Made by a program: the position numbers and the translations under genes. From the NCBI RefSeq assembly GCF_988242995.1, contig NZ_OZ547043.1: a DNA stretch of 64,000 bases; one strand, written 5' to 3'. The stretch's first letter is position 1. Every line of letters begins with the position of its first letter. Below, piece by piece: positions 23,109-34,775 of the stretch. Below the pieces are notes generated by a model. That model was given only the letters and a program-made list of their open reading frames with translations, was not told where the DNA came from and made no database searches.

Positions 23109-24332
23109 TTATCCCCGAATATCATTTATAAATTGACGTAACACGTTCTCTTTATCGAGCGTGCGTTCGGCATATTCACGTGCCACCGTGTTGTGTTTGG
23201 GCAGCAGGAGCGCCTGACGGATCCCCGCCACCAGCGCCTCGACCGATTCCGGTTCTACGCAAACCGCAATGCCCGGAAAGGTTTCGCAAAGCTGCCCCAG
23301 TTCTGTGTGGGCTTCTGCGGTAATCACCGCGTTACCGCCTACCGCCAGAATATTGGTCAGTTTCGACGGCAATACGGCATCTGCCGCGCCGCGTTTTTGC
23401 ACCACCAGATGGCAATCGCCCATCTTCAGCAGTGCGGGTAAAGCGTCATACGATTGCAGCGGGAAAAATTGCATGTTGCGCAGTCCACGCTGCTGCGCCA
23501 TTTTTTCCAGCCGCGCTTTGCCGCCGCCTTGCCCGACAATGGCAAAAATCAGCGGTTCATCGCGCAGGCGATCGGCAGCTTCAATAACGTTTTCCAGCCC
23601 CTGCTTTTCACCAATATTGCCGGAGTAAAGAATGATTTTTTTGTTATCCGGCAGGCCAAGCTGGTTACGAAGGGCATCAACATCGGCATCTGCAACATGC
23701 TGAAAACGGGCAATTTCCGACCAGTTGGGGAAGAAAATGACGTTTTCCGCCGCCACGCCTTTTTCGATGGCTTTATTCATCATCGAACGCGAAATCGTGG
23801 AGACGTTATCGACGTTATGCAATCCGCTACGTTCGAACGCCGTTGCCAGCTGTGCCACTTTGCCGCCTTTGCCTTTTCCGGCAAGGCCCAGCCCCAGCAT
23901 GGCGTCCACTTCGTAATCCTGAATATGCAGCACGGTACGCGCACCAGAGAGTTTCGCCAGCAGGCGCATTCCCGGCGTGCAAAACAGCGTTGGCACCACG
24001 CCGATAATGCGATCCGGCTTCCAGCGACGTTGCGCCATCAGAGGAAAGAAACTGCTGACGGCAAAACTGCTGAGATGTAACAGGCGTTTCAGGGTGCTCG
24101 GCTGTTTTGGCACGTACAGCGGGCAGCGCCACACCGTGGCGGCCCCCTCTTCTCGTTTGTAGCGCCAGGCGGAATAGTTCTCGCCCACCTGCCACTGCGG
24201 GTAGTAAGGCGGTGCGGTAATAACCCGCACCTCATGACCTTGTGCCGCCAGCCATTCCACCATCTCGCCGGTGTATTTGCCGATACCGGTTAACTCCGGC
24301 GAGTAGTTAATGCCGTAGACCAGTATTTTCAT
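23109..24332 (-). CDS. wcaI: Colanic acid glycosyltransferase WcaI (GT4)
   Basis: 407 aa; [39 protein letters not shown]. Confidence 0.9.
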   Translation of the reverse strand: MKILVYGINYSPELTGIGKYTGEMVEWLAAQGHEVRVITAPPYYPQWQVGENYSAWRYKREEGAATVWRCPLYVPKQPSTLKRLLHLSSFAVSSFFPLMAQRRWKPDRIIGVVPTLFCTPGMRLLAKLSGARTVLHIQDYEVDAMLGLGLAGKGKGGKVAQLATAFERSGLHNVDNVSTISRSMMNKAIEKGVAAENVIFFPNWSEIARFQHVADADVDALRNQLGLPDNKKIILYSGNIGEKQGLENVIEAADRLRDEPLIFAIVGQGGGKARLEKMAQQRGLRNMQFFPLQSYDALPALLKMGDCHLVVQKRGAADAVLPSKLTNILAVGGNAVITAEAHTELGQLCETFPGIAVCVEPESVEALVAGIRQALLLPKHNTVAREYAERTLDKENVLRQFINDIRG

Positions 24333-24808
24333 AATCCGGGTACTCCGGCACGCTTCTCAGCGAGAAAATAGGCGCGGCTGTTAGCGTGAACATCGTTACT
24401 GGCGAGCAGCGCGTCCGGCGTCAGCCAGCGGTAATCGTCATGCTGCTCATCCGGCAGTATCAGATCTTCTTCAGCGACTCTGAAGCGAAAACCGAGCACC
24501 ACATAGTGAGTGGTGAAATCCGTGCCGGAGAAGTTATCGTCATAAAAGTGCTGCCAGACACCGTAAAACTGGCCTGCTGTTATCGGCAGACGCAGCCCCA
24601 GTTCCGCCATCGTCAGCCGCTCGAATGCGGCTTCCAGCGTTTCGTCTTTCTGCACGCGCCCTCCCGGCACAAACCAGTAACCCTGCGCCGGGCGGTTGGT
24701 TCTTTTGCCAAGCAGAAACTCGCCGCGACTGTTCTCGACAATAAAGTCGAGAGAGACAAGCGGGGTGGAGCGCACTACCGTGGCAAAGTCTTCCTGACGT
24801 AAAAACAT
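24329..24808 (-). CDS. gmm: GDP-mannose mannosyl hydrolase (Nudix)
   Basis: 159-160 aa; [24 protein letters not shown] start; Nudix box region present; overlaps wcaI stop. Confidence 0.9.
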   Translation of the reverse strand: MFLRQEDFATVVRSTPLVSLDFIVENSRGEFLLGKRTNRPAQGYWFVPGGRVQKDETLEAAFERLTMAELGLRLPITAGQFYGVWQHFYDDNFSGTDFTTHYVVLGFRFRVAEEDLILPDEQHDDYRWLTPDALLASNDVHANSRAYFLAEKRAGVPGL

Positions 24809-24810
24809 CA

Positions 24811-25776
24811 TTACCCCCGAAAGCGGTCTTGATTCTCAAGGAACCACTGGTAAGTGCTGGCAAGCCCCGCTTCCAGTGAGATTTCGTGATACCAGCCAAG
24901 CTGATGCAGGCGCGTCACATCCAGCAGTTTGCGCGGCGTACCATCCGGTTTGCTGGCATCAAAAACCACCCGACCTTTGTAACCCACCACTTTGGCGATG
25001 GTTTGCGCCAGCTCGCGGATAGTGCAGTCAACGCCCGTGCCGACGTTAATGTGCGACAGCATCGGCTGGGTGTTCTCCAGCCAGACTTCGTGCGCCAGCT
25101 CCATGACATGAATGCTCGCCGCCACCATATCATCGACGTGCAGGAATTCACGCATCGGTGTACCGCTGCCCCATACCACCACGTCCGGTGCATTCTGTGC
25201 CGTCGCCTCGTGGAAGCGACGCAGCAATGCAGGGATCACATGCGAATTACTCGGGTGGAAGTTGTCATGCGGGCCATACAGGTTGGTCGGCATGACTGAG
25301 CGGTAATCGCGTCCGTACTGGCGGTTGTATGATTCGCACAGTTTGATCCCGGCGATTTTGGCAATGGCGTAAGGCTCGTTGGTCGGCTCCAGCGTGCCCT
25401 GCAATAACTCGCTTTCTGCCATCGGCTGTTTTGCCAGTTTCGGGTAGATACAGGACGATCCAAGAAACAGCAGTTTGTTCACGTCGTTCTGATGCGCGGC
25501 GTGAATGATGTTGCTCTCAATCATCATGTTCTGGTAGATGAAATCCGCCGGATAGGTGTTGTTGGCAACAATGCCGCCCACTTTCGCCGCCGCCAGATAG
25601 ACCTGGTCAATGCGTTCGCTGGCAAAGAAATCATGCACCGCGCGGCTGTCCAGCAGGTTCAGCTCGTCGCGGGTGCGTAATACCAGTTCCACATCACCGC
25701 GCTGTTCGAGCTGCCGCCTGATGGCAGAACCGACCATCCCACGATGGCCAGCGATAAAAATGCGTTGTTTACTCAT
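24811..25776 (-). CDS. fcl: GDP-L-fucose synthase
   Basis: 321 aa; [33 protein letters not shown] Rossmann N-terminus. Confidence 0.92.
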   Translation of the reverse strand: MSKQRIFIAGHRGMVGSAIRRQLEQRGDVELVLRTRDELNLLDSRAVHDFFASERIDQVYLAAAKVGGIVANNTYPADFIYQNMMIESNIIHAAHQNDVNKLLFLGSSCIYPKLAKQPMAESELLQGTLEPTNEPYAIAKIAGIKLCESYNRQYGRDYRSVMPTNLYGPHDNFHPSNSHVIPALLRRFHEATAQNAPDVVVWGSGTPMREFLHVDDMVAASIHVMELAHEVWLENTQPMLSHINVGTGVDCTIRELAQTIAKVVGYKGRVVFDASKPDGTPRKLLDVTRLHQLGWYHEISLEAGLASTYQWFLENQDRFRG

Positions 25777-25778
25777 GC

Positions 25779-26900
25779 TTATGACTCCAGCGCGATCGCC
25801 ACGTCGTAGCCGTGAGATTTCAGCAGAGAGTGTTTTTTCGCCGCTTCGAGGTCATTAGCCACCATTTCAGACACCATCTCTCTGAGGGTGATTTCCGGTT
25901 TCCAGCCCAGTTTTTCGTGCGCTTTGGTCGGGTCGCCGAGCAGCGTTTCAACTTCTGCCGGACGGAAGTAACGCGGGTCAACGGCGATAATCACATCGCC
26001 CGGTTTAACGCCCGGCGCGTCATGCCCGGTGACGGAAACCACAATGCCCTTCTCTTCAACGCCCGTGCCTTCAAAGCGCAGTTTGATGCCCAGCTGTGCT
26101 GCCGCCATTTCCACGAACTGACGCACGGAGTACTGAACGCCGGTCGCGATAACGAAATCTTCCGGCTGTTCCTGTTGCAGCATCATCCACTGCATTTTTA
26201 CGTAGTCTTTGGCATGGCCCCAGTCACGCAGGGAATCCATATTGCCGAGGTACAGGCACGACTCCAGCCCCTGGGCGATATTGGCGATTGCGCGGGTGAT
26301 TTTGCGGGTAACGAAGGTTTCGCCGCGGCGCGGGGATTCATGGTTGAAGAGAATACCGTTACAGGCGTACATGCCGTAGGATTCGCGGTAGTTAACGGTG
26401 ATCCAGTAGGCGTACAGTTTGGCGACAGCATACGGAGAGCGTGGGTAGAACGGCGTGGTTTCTTTCTGCGGAATTTCCTGCACCAGACCATACAGTTCAG
26501 AGGTGGAAGCCTGATAGAAACGGGTTTTCTTTTCCAGACCGAGGAAGCGGATCGCCTCGAGCAGGCGCAGCGTACCCATCGCATCGACGTCTGCGGTATA
26601 TTCCGGTGACTCAAAAGAAACCGCAACGTGGCTCATTGCGCCCAGGTTGTAAACTTCATCCGGCTGCACTTCACGCAAAATGCGTGTCAGGTTGGAGGTA
26701 TCACTCAGGTCGCCATAATGCAGATGGAATTTCGGGTTGCAGGTGTGCGGATCCTGATAAATGTGATCCACGCGCTCGGTGTTGAATGACGATGCACGAC
26801 GCTTAATACCATGCACCTCGTAACCTTTTTCCAGCAGAAACTCTGCCAGGTAAGAACCGTCTTGTCCGGTTACACCGGTGATGAGAGCGACTTTTGACAT
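25779..26900 (-). CDS. gmd: GDP-mannose 4,6-dehydratase
   Basis: 373 aa; [48 protein letters not shown]. Confidence 0.95.
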
Positions 26901-26926
26901 GTCTTATTCCTCTGTATTTTTTGAAT

Positions 26927-27475
26927 TTATTCAGTTTCAACGCGTTCGCGTATCACCACTGCGGGATTCCCCCGGCAAACCACATTTGCCGGAAGCGTTT
27001 TAAAAACACTGCTTCGTGCACCCACGACGGTGCCGTCGCCAATCGTGACGCCAGGGGCAACAAAAACATCGGTTGCCAGCCAGCATTTCTCGCCAATCAC
27101 AATAGGCGTAGCATTAATGGTGAAATGTTGACTTGCATGGTCGTGGCTACCGGTGCATAAATAACTTTTTTGCGATATCACCGAATGTGCGCCAATGGTT
27201 ATTTCACCGAGGGTATATAAATTGACGTCATCGCCGACCCACGCGTAATCACCTAAGGTTAATTTCCACGGATAGGTAATTTTTACTGACGGACGAATAA
27301 CTACGTTTTTTCCTATTTTTGCGCCGAATAAACGTAATAAAAATGCCCGCCAGCGATACAATACTTGTGGCGACCAGGCAAATATTGTTGCCTGTACTGC
27401 CCACCATAATTGCACTTTAATAGCGTTGCCGCCCCGGAACCCTTTCGGCACCGAGAAACCGCTTAAATCTTGCAT
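26927..27475 (-). CDS. wcaF: Colanic acid acetyltransferase WcaF (hexapeptide repeat)
   Basis: 182 aa; MQDLSGFSVPKGFRGGNAIKVQLWW start and hexapeptide repeats. Confidence 0.9.
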   Translation of the reverse strand: MQDLSGFSVPKGFRGGNAIKVQLWWAVQATIFAWSPQVLYRWRAFLLRLFGAKIGKNVVIRPSVKITYPWKLTLGDYAWVGDDVNLYTLGEITIGAHSVISQKSYLCTGSHDHASQHFTINATPIVIGEKCWLATDVFVAPGVTIGDGTVVGARSSVFKTLPANVVCRGNPAVVIRERVETE

Positions 27476-27490
27476 CGTTTTCCCTTATAT

Positions 27491-28237
27491 TCAGCTTTTG
27501 TTATATAAGGCTTTCGTCTTTGAGGTAGTACGTTGGCGTAAATGCCAGGATAATTCTGCCCAGAAGCCAGGCACATGTAATATTTGCCGTTGGACTTTTT
27601 TGGCGTCAGCACACAATTCCATATTATTGGTGGTTGATACCCCACCCATGGAAAATTCAGACACCAGGCCATTGAGTTTTTTAAATGCATAACCGGCTTT
27701 ATACATTTTAGCCGCCAGCGCGTAATCGGAAGATACTTTATATTCCAGGTCATAACGCCATTTTTTCAAGCCGGATACCGGGAAAAATATCGCCTGATGG
27801 CTGGCGGGCAGGCTGTGATAAATATACCAGCCCGGTTTGGCGCTACGTTTAATTTTATGCCCGTCGCCAAAATCCAGCAGCGCATCGCCGGTGATCATCA
27901 TGTTATCTTTTTGCATTTTTAACTTACGGACAAAATTTGCGGCATCCTGATGAAAAATATCGCCCGAATTGAGAAACAACGCGAACTTGCCTTGTGCCAT
28001 CGTAATGCCTTTGTTCATGGCGTCGTAGATACCGTTATCTGGCTCGCTGACAAAGCGTAGGTTATAGATACCATTGAGATTTTCCAGATACTCACGGGTG
28101 CCGTCATTGGAACCGCCATCGACAACAATCCATTCGAAGCTGATATCGTCCGCCTGCGCCAGATGCGCCAGCGAGGCATGTGTTTTGACTATCCCTTCGA
28201 GGTTACGAAACGCGACAGTGATTATGCTAAGCAACAT
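27491..28237 (-). CDS. wcaE: Colanic acid glycosyltransferase WcaE (GT2)
   Basis: 248 aa; [23 protein letters not shown] with the [12 protein letters not shown]2 motif. Confidence 0.9.
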   Translation of the reverse strand: MLLSIITVAFRNLEGIVKTHASLAHLAQADDISFEWIVVDGGSNDGTREYLENLNGIYNLRFVSEPDNGIYDAMNKGITMAQGKFALFLNSGDIFHQDAANFVRKLKMQKDNMMITGDALLDFGDGHKIKRSAKPGWYIYHSLPASHQAIFFPVSGLKKWRYDLEYKVSSDYALAAKMYKAGYAFKKLNGLVSEFSMGGVSTTNNMELCADAKKVQRQILHVPGFWAELSWHLRQRTTSKTKALYNKS

Positions 28238-28247
28238 GTTCTTATTC

Positions 28248-29465
28248 TTACCTCGTAATATTTAACGCTTTTCGCAAAATAAACGGACAGACGATTAAAA
28301 ATGCATATTCCGGGCTAAATATCGAACCGGTAAAAAACAGCGATACCGGAGTAAAAAGATATAATTGCACGCGAAAATTGCGGTTATCACCAAAAGCGTT
28401 GATCATCATTTTTATCACTTTCCCCATGTACCACAGCGATAAAAACACTGCGAACCAGGAAAAATAAATAATCAGCAGATACAAACCATTGTCTATGGTT
28501 TTTCCGACATCCGCACCGTTAAATATTCCGAATGATGCGACGTATTCATAAAGTGAGCCAAATCTGACTACACCGTCAATATGGGTCAAAGAATAACCGA
28601 CCATCACCAGCGGACCGACAATACGATAATACGATGACGATCCTTCCGTACCTAAATCGCCCAGACGGGTGGAAATATAAGGAAACGCGATTACCACACC
28701 AACCAGGAATACAGCCAGAGAAATCAATGCCAACGGTAACTTTTTCTTAATCGCCTCTTTATTCAGATATTGAAATGCCCACTCCAGCAAATAAAACAGG
28801 ATAAAGGTCATAACCCCTGAAAACGATCCGGATAATATTATCCCTGCGAGAATCATAGCATCGGTTTTAGGCGTTTTGATACCAAACTGTTTGATGCTGA
28901 GCCAAATTGAGATTAATGCCAGAGCGAAAAATGCCGGTTCGAAATAAAGTGCTGTCGTGCGCTTGCCGCCGAATTTAATGAAATTCAGTACATAGCTGTT
29001 GCTGTAAATCAGATATTTCGAAATCGACTCCATAATACTGCTGCCACCGGTGAGGATAATTTGCGCCATCTCCACCGCCGCCAGCGCCACCACCAGCCCG
29101 ACCACCAGATAAAAGAAACGTAATATCTTGCGATGGTTGTGTGGCGAAATCGTTTTAAAGCGAATACTCCACACCATGCCAATAATGATCACAATATAGA
29201 CAAACAGCATGGTTGATGTGACGTATTTACTGGCATCCAACGACTGACCAAACAGATAGTTGAACGCCGTGAGTCCCGCACCAATCCCTAAGGCAATCAT
29301 CAATTTTTTAACGCTGATGCGTTCTAAAAACAGCAGTAACAAGACAGGTAAAAAAGTGACGATAGTGATGGGGAAACTTTCACCAAGCTGGGCGATTTTG
29401 ACGTTAACCAGCAGGTAGATCAGCGGCAGCAGCAGGTAGCTACAGATTCTGATAGAAGTTGACAT
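28248..29465 (-). CDS. wcaD: Colanic acid polymerase
   Basis: Conserved start [31 protein letters not shown] at the internal Met (ORF track extends to 29537); polytopic membrane protein of about 405 aa. Confidence 0.85.
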   Translation of the reverse strand: MSTSIRICSYLLLPLIYLLVNVKIAQLGESFPITIVTFLPVLLLLFLERISVKKLMIALGIGAGLTAFNYLFGQSLDASKYVTSTMLFVYIVIIIGMVWSIRFKTISPHNHRKILRFFYLVVGLVVALAAVEMAQIILTGGSSIMESISKYLIYSNSYVLNFIKFGGKRTTALYFEPAFFALALISIWLSIKQFGIKTPKTDAMILAGIILSGSFSGVMTFILFYLLEWAFQYLNKEAIKKKLPLALISLAVFLVGVVIAFPYISTRLGDLGTEGSSSYYRIVGPLVMVGYSLTHIDGVVRFGSLYEYVASFGIFNGADVGKTIDNGLYLLIIYFSWFAVFLSLWYMGKVIKMMINAFGDNRNFRVQLYLFTPVSLFFTGSIFSPEYAFLIVCPFILRKALNITR

Positions 29466-30657
29466 ACTCCTCCAGCATCTGTTGTCCACTGTAGGCGGCG
29501 CGGCTGCGTTGGCTGAACTCAGCCAGCGTGGTACCAAATATCGCCTGCGCGATTTCCGGTTTGCTTAACTGGACCAGTTGCAGCACGTCTTCTTCGCTGA
29601 CAGTTTTACCTCCGGATTTTTGCAGCACTTCCCGCGCCGCATCGCTATGGGTGGCGATCACCGGCACACCAATCGATAGCGCCTCACACAAAATCAGCGG
29701 GTAGTTATCGACACGAGAACTGAACACCAGCGCATCCATCTGATTGAGCGCGCTCATCAACTTGCGCTTGTCAGTTTCAAAGCCGTGATTAACCACGTTG
29801 CCAGCGGTGAACGGCGAGAACTTACCAAAGGTATGCAGTTCGATTTTGTCGCCCAGCGCCATCATCTCACGCACCAGTTGCTGGTTAGTTTTGCCGTCGT
29901 AACGCAGGTCATGCGCCACCACCGCGATTTTCGGCTTGCCCTGGGTTTCGCGCACCGGAGGCAGATCCGCCAGAATCGCTTCGGTTGCCATATCAATGCC
30001 ATTATTGATAATCCGGCAACGCCCTGGACCGTACAGGCTATTGAAAGCATCAGCCACATGCTGGCTGGGGGAAATAAACTGACAGCCCAGCGCCAGCATC
30101 TCACGAAATAACTGGCGTTTGCCCGCCACCAGCTGGTGCGCGCGATCAATCTTCACCGGCGGATAGTTATTTAAGGTCGGGCATTTCTGGCAACCCGTTT
30201 TCCAGCCTTCGCAACCGTCGGTAAAGGCGCAGCGCCCGGTTACACTCCAGTGATCGTGCAGCGTCCAGACCACAGTGACGTCCGGTTTATGGTTTTTCAC
30301 TTTTTCGCAAAAGCGCACCACGCTCTTAAGATTTAGCCAGTAGCTGTGCAGCACATGAAAATGCAGGACCACCGGACCCGGTGTGCGAGTAATGGTGCGA
30401 TATAACTCATTGAAATTGCCAAACAGATCGCGATTAAACAGACGAAACAGTGCAATGTTCGCCATCGCGATCATCCGCGGCGTATGTTTGATTACCTGCG
30501 GATAGTTTTGATGGCTGACGCTCTCTTTGCCGCCTTTGCCGTAACCGTAGACAAAATGTGACGCCAGCCCCTGTTGCAGCGCACGCTGATGGAGATCTAA
30601 CGCCACACCTGCTGCCCCGCCTTCCGCCAGTCGCACATTAAATTGCAAAATATTCAT
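29440..30657 (-). CDS. wcaC: Colanic acid glycosyltransferase WcaC (GT4)
   Basis: 405 aa; MNILQFNVRLAEGGAAGVALDLHQRALQQG. Confidence 0.9.
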   Translation of the reverse strand: MNILQFNVRLAEGGAAGVALDLHQRALQQGLASHFVYGYGKGGKESVSHQNYPQVIKHTPRMIAMANIALFRLFNRDLFGNFNELYRTITRTPGPVVLHFHVLHSYWLNLKSVVRFCEKVKNHKPDVTVVWTLHDHWSVTGRCAFTDGCEGWKTGCQKCPTLNNYPPVKIDRAHQLVAGKRQLFREMLALGCQFISPSQHVADAFNSLYGPGRCRIINNGIDMATEAILADLPPVRETQGKPKIAVVAHDLRYDGKTNQQLVREMMALGDKIELHTFGKFSPFTAGNVVNHGFETDKRKLMSALNQMDALVFSSRVDNYPLILCEALSIGVPVIATHSDAAREVLQKSGGKTVSEEDVLQLVQLSKPEIAQAIFGTTLAEFSQRSRAAYSGQQMLEEYVNFYQNL

Positions 30658-31142
30658 TTAATTACCTTCACTCGCGCTTTTTCTCCCACCACCAGCGCGT
30701 TGTCCGGGACAGAGTCGAGCACCACGCTGCCCGCACCCACGGTGACGTTGTTACCAAGCGTGATATCACCAAGAATAATGACGTTGGCACCGAGTTCGAC
30801 GCCGTTGCCAATGTGTGGACATGCCATGTTATCGGCACCACGATTGCCGATAGTGACGCCGTGGCGAATGGTGAAATCATCCCCCGCCACCACGTTTTTA
30901 TTGATCACTACGGCGTAACCGTGATGGATAGTAAAGCGGCGGCCAATGGTCGCGGCGGCCTGGATTTCATAACCGAAAAAGCATTCGGTGATAATGCGAT
31001 ACAGCACCAGCAGCGGGGCCGCCCACAGATTGTTGAGGACGTTCTTTTTGCGCCACACCGAACAAAAATGAGCGACGCGATAGGCAAGTACCATGCAGCA
31101 CGGGCGTAAACTCCAGCTGTTGGCGCGCAGATCTTCCAGCAT
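30654..31142 (-). CDS. wcaB: Colanic acid acetyltransferase WcaB
   Basis: 162 aa; MLEDLRANSWSLRPCCMVLAYRVAHFCSVW with hexapeptide repeats. Confidence 0.9.
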   Translation of the reverse strand: MLEDLRANSWSLRPCCMVLAYRVAHFCSVWRKKNVLNNLWAAPLLVLYRIITECFFGYEIQAAATIGRRFTIHHGYAVVINKNVVAGDDFTIRHGVTIGNRGADNMACPHIGNGVELGANVIILGDITLGNNVTVGAGSVVLDSVPDNALVVGEKARVKVIK

Positions 31143-31144
31143 CT

Positions 31145-31984
31145 TTAGCGCCCCCGAATACCATCAGCCAGACGTTTGCCGTTACGCACCGACAGCAGCG
31201 TCAACAAGGTGCGCCAGGTCATACGTTTATTGCGGATCTGGTAGAGGGTAAACAGCTGATATTTTTTACTGGCGCGGTCGAATTTGTCTTTGTGCTTGCG
31301 GTAAAAGTGGAAGTACCCGGAGAATTTTTTCGGTGACGAGGTGATCTGCATTTCACCGTGATTGATATGCAGGATCTGCGTCGCCTCTTCCACTTTCCAC
31401 GGTTCGCCATACTCCACCACCATCCGCAGGAAGATGTCGTAATCCTGTGCCGCTTTCAGTTCGGTATCGAACAAACACTCTTTGAAACGCCACGCCCAGG
31501 TAAAGACCTGATTGCCAATGATATTGCGTTTATAGAACAGGCGGCGTGAATACGGCGATTTGGGATACAGCGGCAAACTTGCTGGTTGGGAATAGACTTC
31601 GCCCTGGCAAACGTAGTCGTTAGCGTACAAAAAGGCGTGAGTGACCAGTTGCTGTTTATGGGCGAGGAAGACGCTCAGACGGTTGGGTGTCCATTCATCA
31701 TCATCATCGATCCCGGTGATGTATTCCCCTTGCGCCAGCATAATCGCCTGGTTACGTACCGCGCACGCCCCGCTGTTAATATCGTTGTGAATGTAGGTAA
31801 TACGCGGATCGTTGAGGGCGGTGACGTACTGTTGCAGTTGTTCCCAGGAGGTGGAGCAATCATCCACGATGATCATCTCCCAGTTGCTGTAGTCCTGGCG
31901 CAGGACCGATTTTATCGCCCGAATCGCCAGTTGTTGGCGGTTCCAGGTTGGCATATAGATTGAGATCAGCGGATTATCTTTCAT
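31145..31984 (-). CDS. wcaA: Colanic acid glycosyltransferase WcaA (GT2)
   Basis: 279 aa; MKDNPLISIYMPTWNRQQLAIRAIKSVLRQDYSNWEMIIVDDCS. Confidence 0.9.
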   Translation of the reverse strand: MKDNPLISIYMPTWNRQQLAIRAIKSVLRQDYSNWEMIIVDDCSTSWEQLQQYVTALNDPRITYIHNDINSGACAVRNQAIMLAQGEYITGIDDDDEWTPNRLSVFLAHKQQLVTHAFLYANDYVCQGEVYSQPASLPLYPKSPYSRRLFYKRNIIGNQVFTWAWRFKECLFDTELKAAQDYDIFLRMVVEYGEPWKVEEATQILHINHGEMQITSSPKKFSGYFHFYRKHKDKFDRASKKYQLFTLYQIRNKRMTWRTLLTLLSVRNGKRLADGIRGR

Positions 31985-32046
31985 AGGTTGTTCTCCCGGA
32001 GTGTCGAGATGTTCTGCCGGTTTATAAGCTTGTTTACGGGTTCTGT

Positions 32047-32151
32047 TGCCGGATGCGGCGTGAGCGCCTTATCCGGCCTACGGAGCTGGTTTGCTTGCCG
32101 GATGCGGCGTGAAGGTAGGTCGGATAAGATGCGTCAGCATCGCATCCGACA
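32047..32151. repeat. REP/BIME palindromic repeats
   Basis: tgccggatgcggcgtgagcgccttatccggcctac and gccggatgcggcgtgaaggtaggtcggataagatgcgtcagcatcgcatccgaca between wcaA and wzc. Confidence 0.8.
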
Positions 32152-32161
32152 GCGGATGTCG

Positions 32162-34324
32162 TTATTTCGCATCCGACTTATATTCGTATTCGTAATAGCC
32201 ATAATCCTGATACGCGCTGGCGCGGCGGAAGATGGAGTTCAGAATCACCCCTTTCACCGGAATACCGTTTTGCTCAAAGCGGCTCAGACTGGTTTCCACT
32301 TCTTTCAAGGTGTTGACCGCATAACGCGCCACCATTAACGTGGTTCCGACATGACGACCAACAATTGCCGCATCGGTCACTGCCAGAATCGGCGGCGTAT
32401 CAATCAACACCAGGTCATAGTTTTTACTCGCCCAGTTCACCAGTTCGGCAAAGCGTTCGCTCATCAACAGTTCAGAAGGATTTGGCGGCACCTGACCGCG
32501 CGGGATCAGGTCAAATTTGGCAATAGAGGTCGGTTTAGCAGCGGTAGTAATATCGCCCTGACCAATCAGAATTTCCGACAGGCCATTAACGTTATTAGTG
32601 CCCAGCAGCTCGTGGGTGTAGCCTTTGCGCATATCGCAGTCGATCAACAACACCCGTTTATTGGTCTGGCTGATCACCGCCGCCAGGTTGGCGCAGACAA
32701 AGGTTTTACCGATTGACGGGCTAACCCCGGTCATCATCAACACATTGTTCTGTGCCTGCATCATCGCGAAGTGCAAACTGGTACGCAGACTGCGGATGGC
32801 TTCAATCGCCAGATCGGTTGGATTCCCCATCGCCAGTAGCTGGCTCTGTTTATAGCGTTTAATCCCTTTGATGGTTTTGACGCTATCGCGCGCTTTCTGC
32901 CATTCCGACAGCGGGATGCTGGCATAGACGCTGATACCGTGTTCTTCCAGCACCTGCGGGCTTTCGATGCCGCGATTAAACAACGAGCGCAGCAGCACAC
33001 CCACGATAGAAAGCATCAGGCCAAGGATAATCGCGCCGAGGATAATCAGCCCTTTCTTCGGTTTCAGCACGCCAGGCTGGGTGATTGCCGGGTCAACAAT
33101 GCGCACATCGCCGACGGTGCTGGCTTCGGTGATTTTCAGCTCCTGCTCTTTATTCAGCAGTTGCATATAGACCTGCTGACCAGACTCGACATCGCGGGTC
33201 AGGCGCACAATCTCCTGCTGGGTTTTCGGCATCGCCGTTACGCGACCGTTAAGTTTGGCTTTCTCTTCTTCCAGCGCCTGACGTTTCTCCAGCAGCGTGC
33301 GGTACGCCGGGTGAACTTTGGTGTACAGCTTGGAGATTTCCGCCTCTTTAAAGGTCAGTTCGTTCAACTGCGCGTCGATGTTCACCATCGAATCGAGCAC
33401 CGCTTTCGCTTCCAGCGGCAGATCAACAGAATCTTTATCCTGACGGAAGGCATTCAGTTTGTTTTCGGCAACATCGAGGCGGCTACGTACTTCCGGTAAC
33501 TGTTGCGCGAGGAAAGCGAGGCTTTTCGACGCTTCCGCCGATTTGCGCTCAATATTTTGTTCCTGATAGTTACGGGCGATGCTGTTAAGAATGTCGCGGA
33601 TCTGTTCGCGATCTTCACCGGTATAAGTCAGGCTCAGTACGCCTGCGTCTTTGCCGTTCTCCGTTACCGTCAGGCTGTTTTGCAGTTGGTTGATCATCCC
33701 CAACGTGGAGTATTTGGTGACGGCAAACTCACTGCCCGGGCGGGCGTGAATGGCTTCAACCATCAGCGTGACGCCTTCTTTTTTCAGCATCTGGCCCGCT
33801 TGCCCACGGGCGCTAAAGCCGCCATCACTGCTCAGGGTGTAGTTTTTATTGTCCAGCACATTAAGCGTAAACACCTGGTCCGCCATCTCTTTCGGGCGGT
33901 TAAAGGTGGTCACTTTCACCGTCTCGTTCTGACGTCCCATCAAACGATCCCAGCCCGCACCGAAAATCGGGAACGTGTTTTTGCTCACCGCAATATCGAG
34001 GTCGAGATCGTCCACCGTTTTACCAAGCACCAGGCGCGAACGAATCAACTGGATCTCGGCGTCCGATGCAGGCGGTTTGTTGGCTAATGCCGAACCAATG
34101 TCCTGCACTAACGAATTGCCGCTGTTTTGCTCGATTTGTACCAGTGCGTCGGCACTATAAATCGGCGTGGCGAAGAAGGTGTAAACCACGGCACAGAGGG
34201 CAAATACAGCGGTGATGCCAATCACCCACCAGCGCGCTTCAATGACGGTGCCGACCAGGCGACCAATATCGATTTCATCACTGCCCGTTACCGGAGCGGC
34301 ATGTTGTTTTACTTTTTCTGTCAT
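32162..34324 (-). CDS. wzc: Tyrosine autokinase / polysaccharide co-polymerase
   Basis: Conserved start MTEKVKQHAAPVTGSDEIDIGRLVGTV at the internal Met (ORF track starts 12 codons upstream); Walker A region VSPSIGKT; C-terminal Tyr-rich tail YQDYGYYEYEYKSDAK. Confidence 0.92.
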   Translation of the reverse strand: MTEKVKQHAAPVTGSDEIDIGRLVGTVIEARWWVIGITAVFALCAVVYTFFATPIYSADALVQIEQNSGNSLVQDIGSALANKPPASDAEIQLIRSRLVLGKTVDDLDLDIAVSKNTFPIFGAGWDRLMGRQNETVKVTTFNRPKEMADQVFTLNVLDNKNYTLSSDGGFSARGQAGQMLKKEGVTLMVEAIHARPGSEFAVTKYSTLGMINQLQNSLTVTENGKDAGVLSLTYTGEDREQIRDILNSIARNYQEQNIERKSAEASKSLAFLAQQLPEVRSRLDVAENKLNAFRQDKDSVDLPLEAKAVLDSMVNIDAQLNELTFKEAEISKLYTKVHPAYRTLLEKRQALEEEKAKLNGRVTAMPKTQQEIVRLTRDVESGQQVYMQLLNKEQELKITEASTVGDVRIVDPAITQPGVLKPKKGLIILGAIILGLMLSIVGVLLRSLFNRGIESPQVLEEHGISVYASIPLSEWQKARDSVKTIKGIKRYKQSQLLAMGNPTDLAIEAIRSLRTSLHFAMMQAQNNVLMMTGVSPSIGKTFVCANLAAVISQTNKRVLLIDCDMRKGYTHELLGTNNVNGLSEILIGQGDITTAAKPTSIAKFDLIPRGQVPPNPSELLMSERFAELVNWASKNYDLVLIDTPPILAVTDAAIVGRHVGTTLMVARYAVNTLKEVETSLSRFEQNGIPVKGVILNSIFRRASAYQDYGYYEYEYKSDAK

Positions 34325-34326
34325 TC

Positions 34327-34770
34327 TTATACCTGCTCTGCGTTCAATGCCTGCGCCCACTGGCGGGCAGACCGTTCAAGTAATGTGTACACCGCTGCAA
34401 ACGTTTCCCGGCTTTTGCGATACGGATCGGGGATTTCACATTCGTTATCCCAGTGACCAAACAGCATCACTTTGCCGCGCATCTCAGGTGCCATCTCGCA
34501 TAAGCGTTCGATATGGCGCTTTTCCATGGTCAAAATCAGGTCGTAGTTGCGACACAGACGGCGGCTGATTTGACGGGCACAGTGACCTTCCAGAGACAGT
34601 TGATGTTCTGCGGCGACGCTGATAGCGGTAGGATCAGCGCCCTTACCGACCAGCGCGCCGAGTCCAGCGGACTCCACTTTCAGCTCCGGGTGATAACGTT
34701 GCAGTAAGCGTTCCGCCGTCGGGGAACGGCAAATATTGCCGACACAGACAACTAAGATGTTGTTAAACAT
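34327..34770 (-). CDS. wzb: Low-molecular-weight protein-tyrosine phosphatase
   Basis: 147 aa; MFNNILVVCVGNICRSPTAERLL contains the CX5R P-loop (CVGNICRS). Confidence 0.92.
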   Translation of the reverse strand: MFNNILVVCVGNICRSPTAERLLQRYHPELKVESAGLGALVGKGADPTAISVAAEHQLSLEGHCARQISRRLCRNYDLILTMEKRHIERLCEMAPEMRGKVMLFGHWDNECEIPDPYRKSRETFAAVYTLLERSARQWAQALNAEQV

Positions 34771-34775
34771 GACGA

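Noticed and set aside
25812-26609. 265-aa plus-strand ORF
   Set aside because: Antisense to gmd, one of the most conserved genes in the window; spurious.
32939-34087. Two plus-strand ORFs of 186 and 194 aa
   Set aside because: Both are antisense to wzc; spurious.
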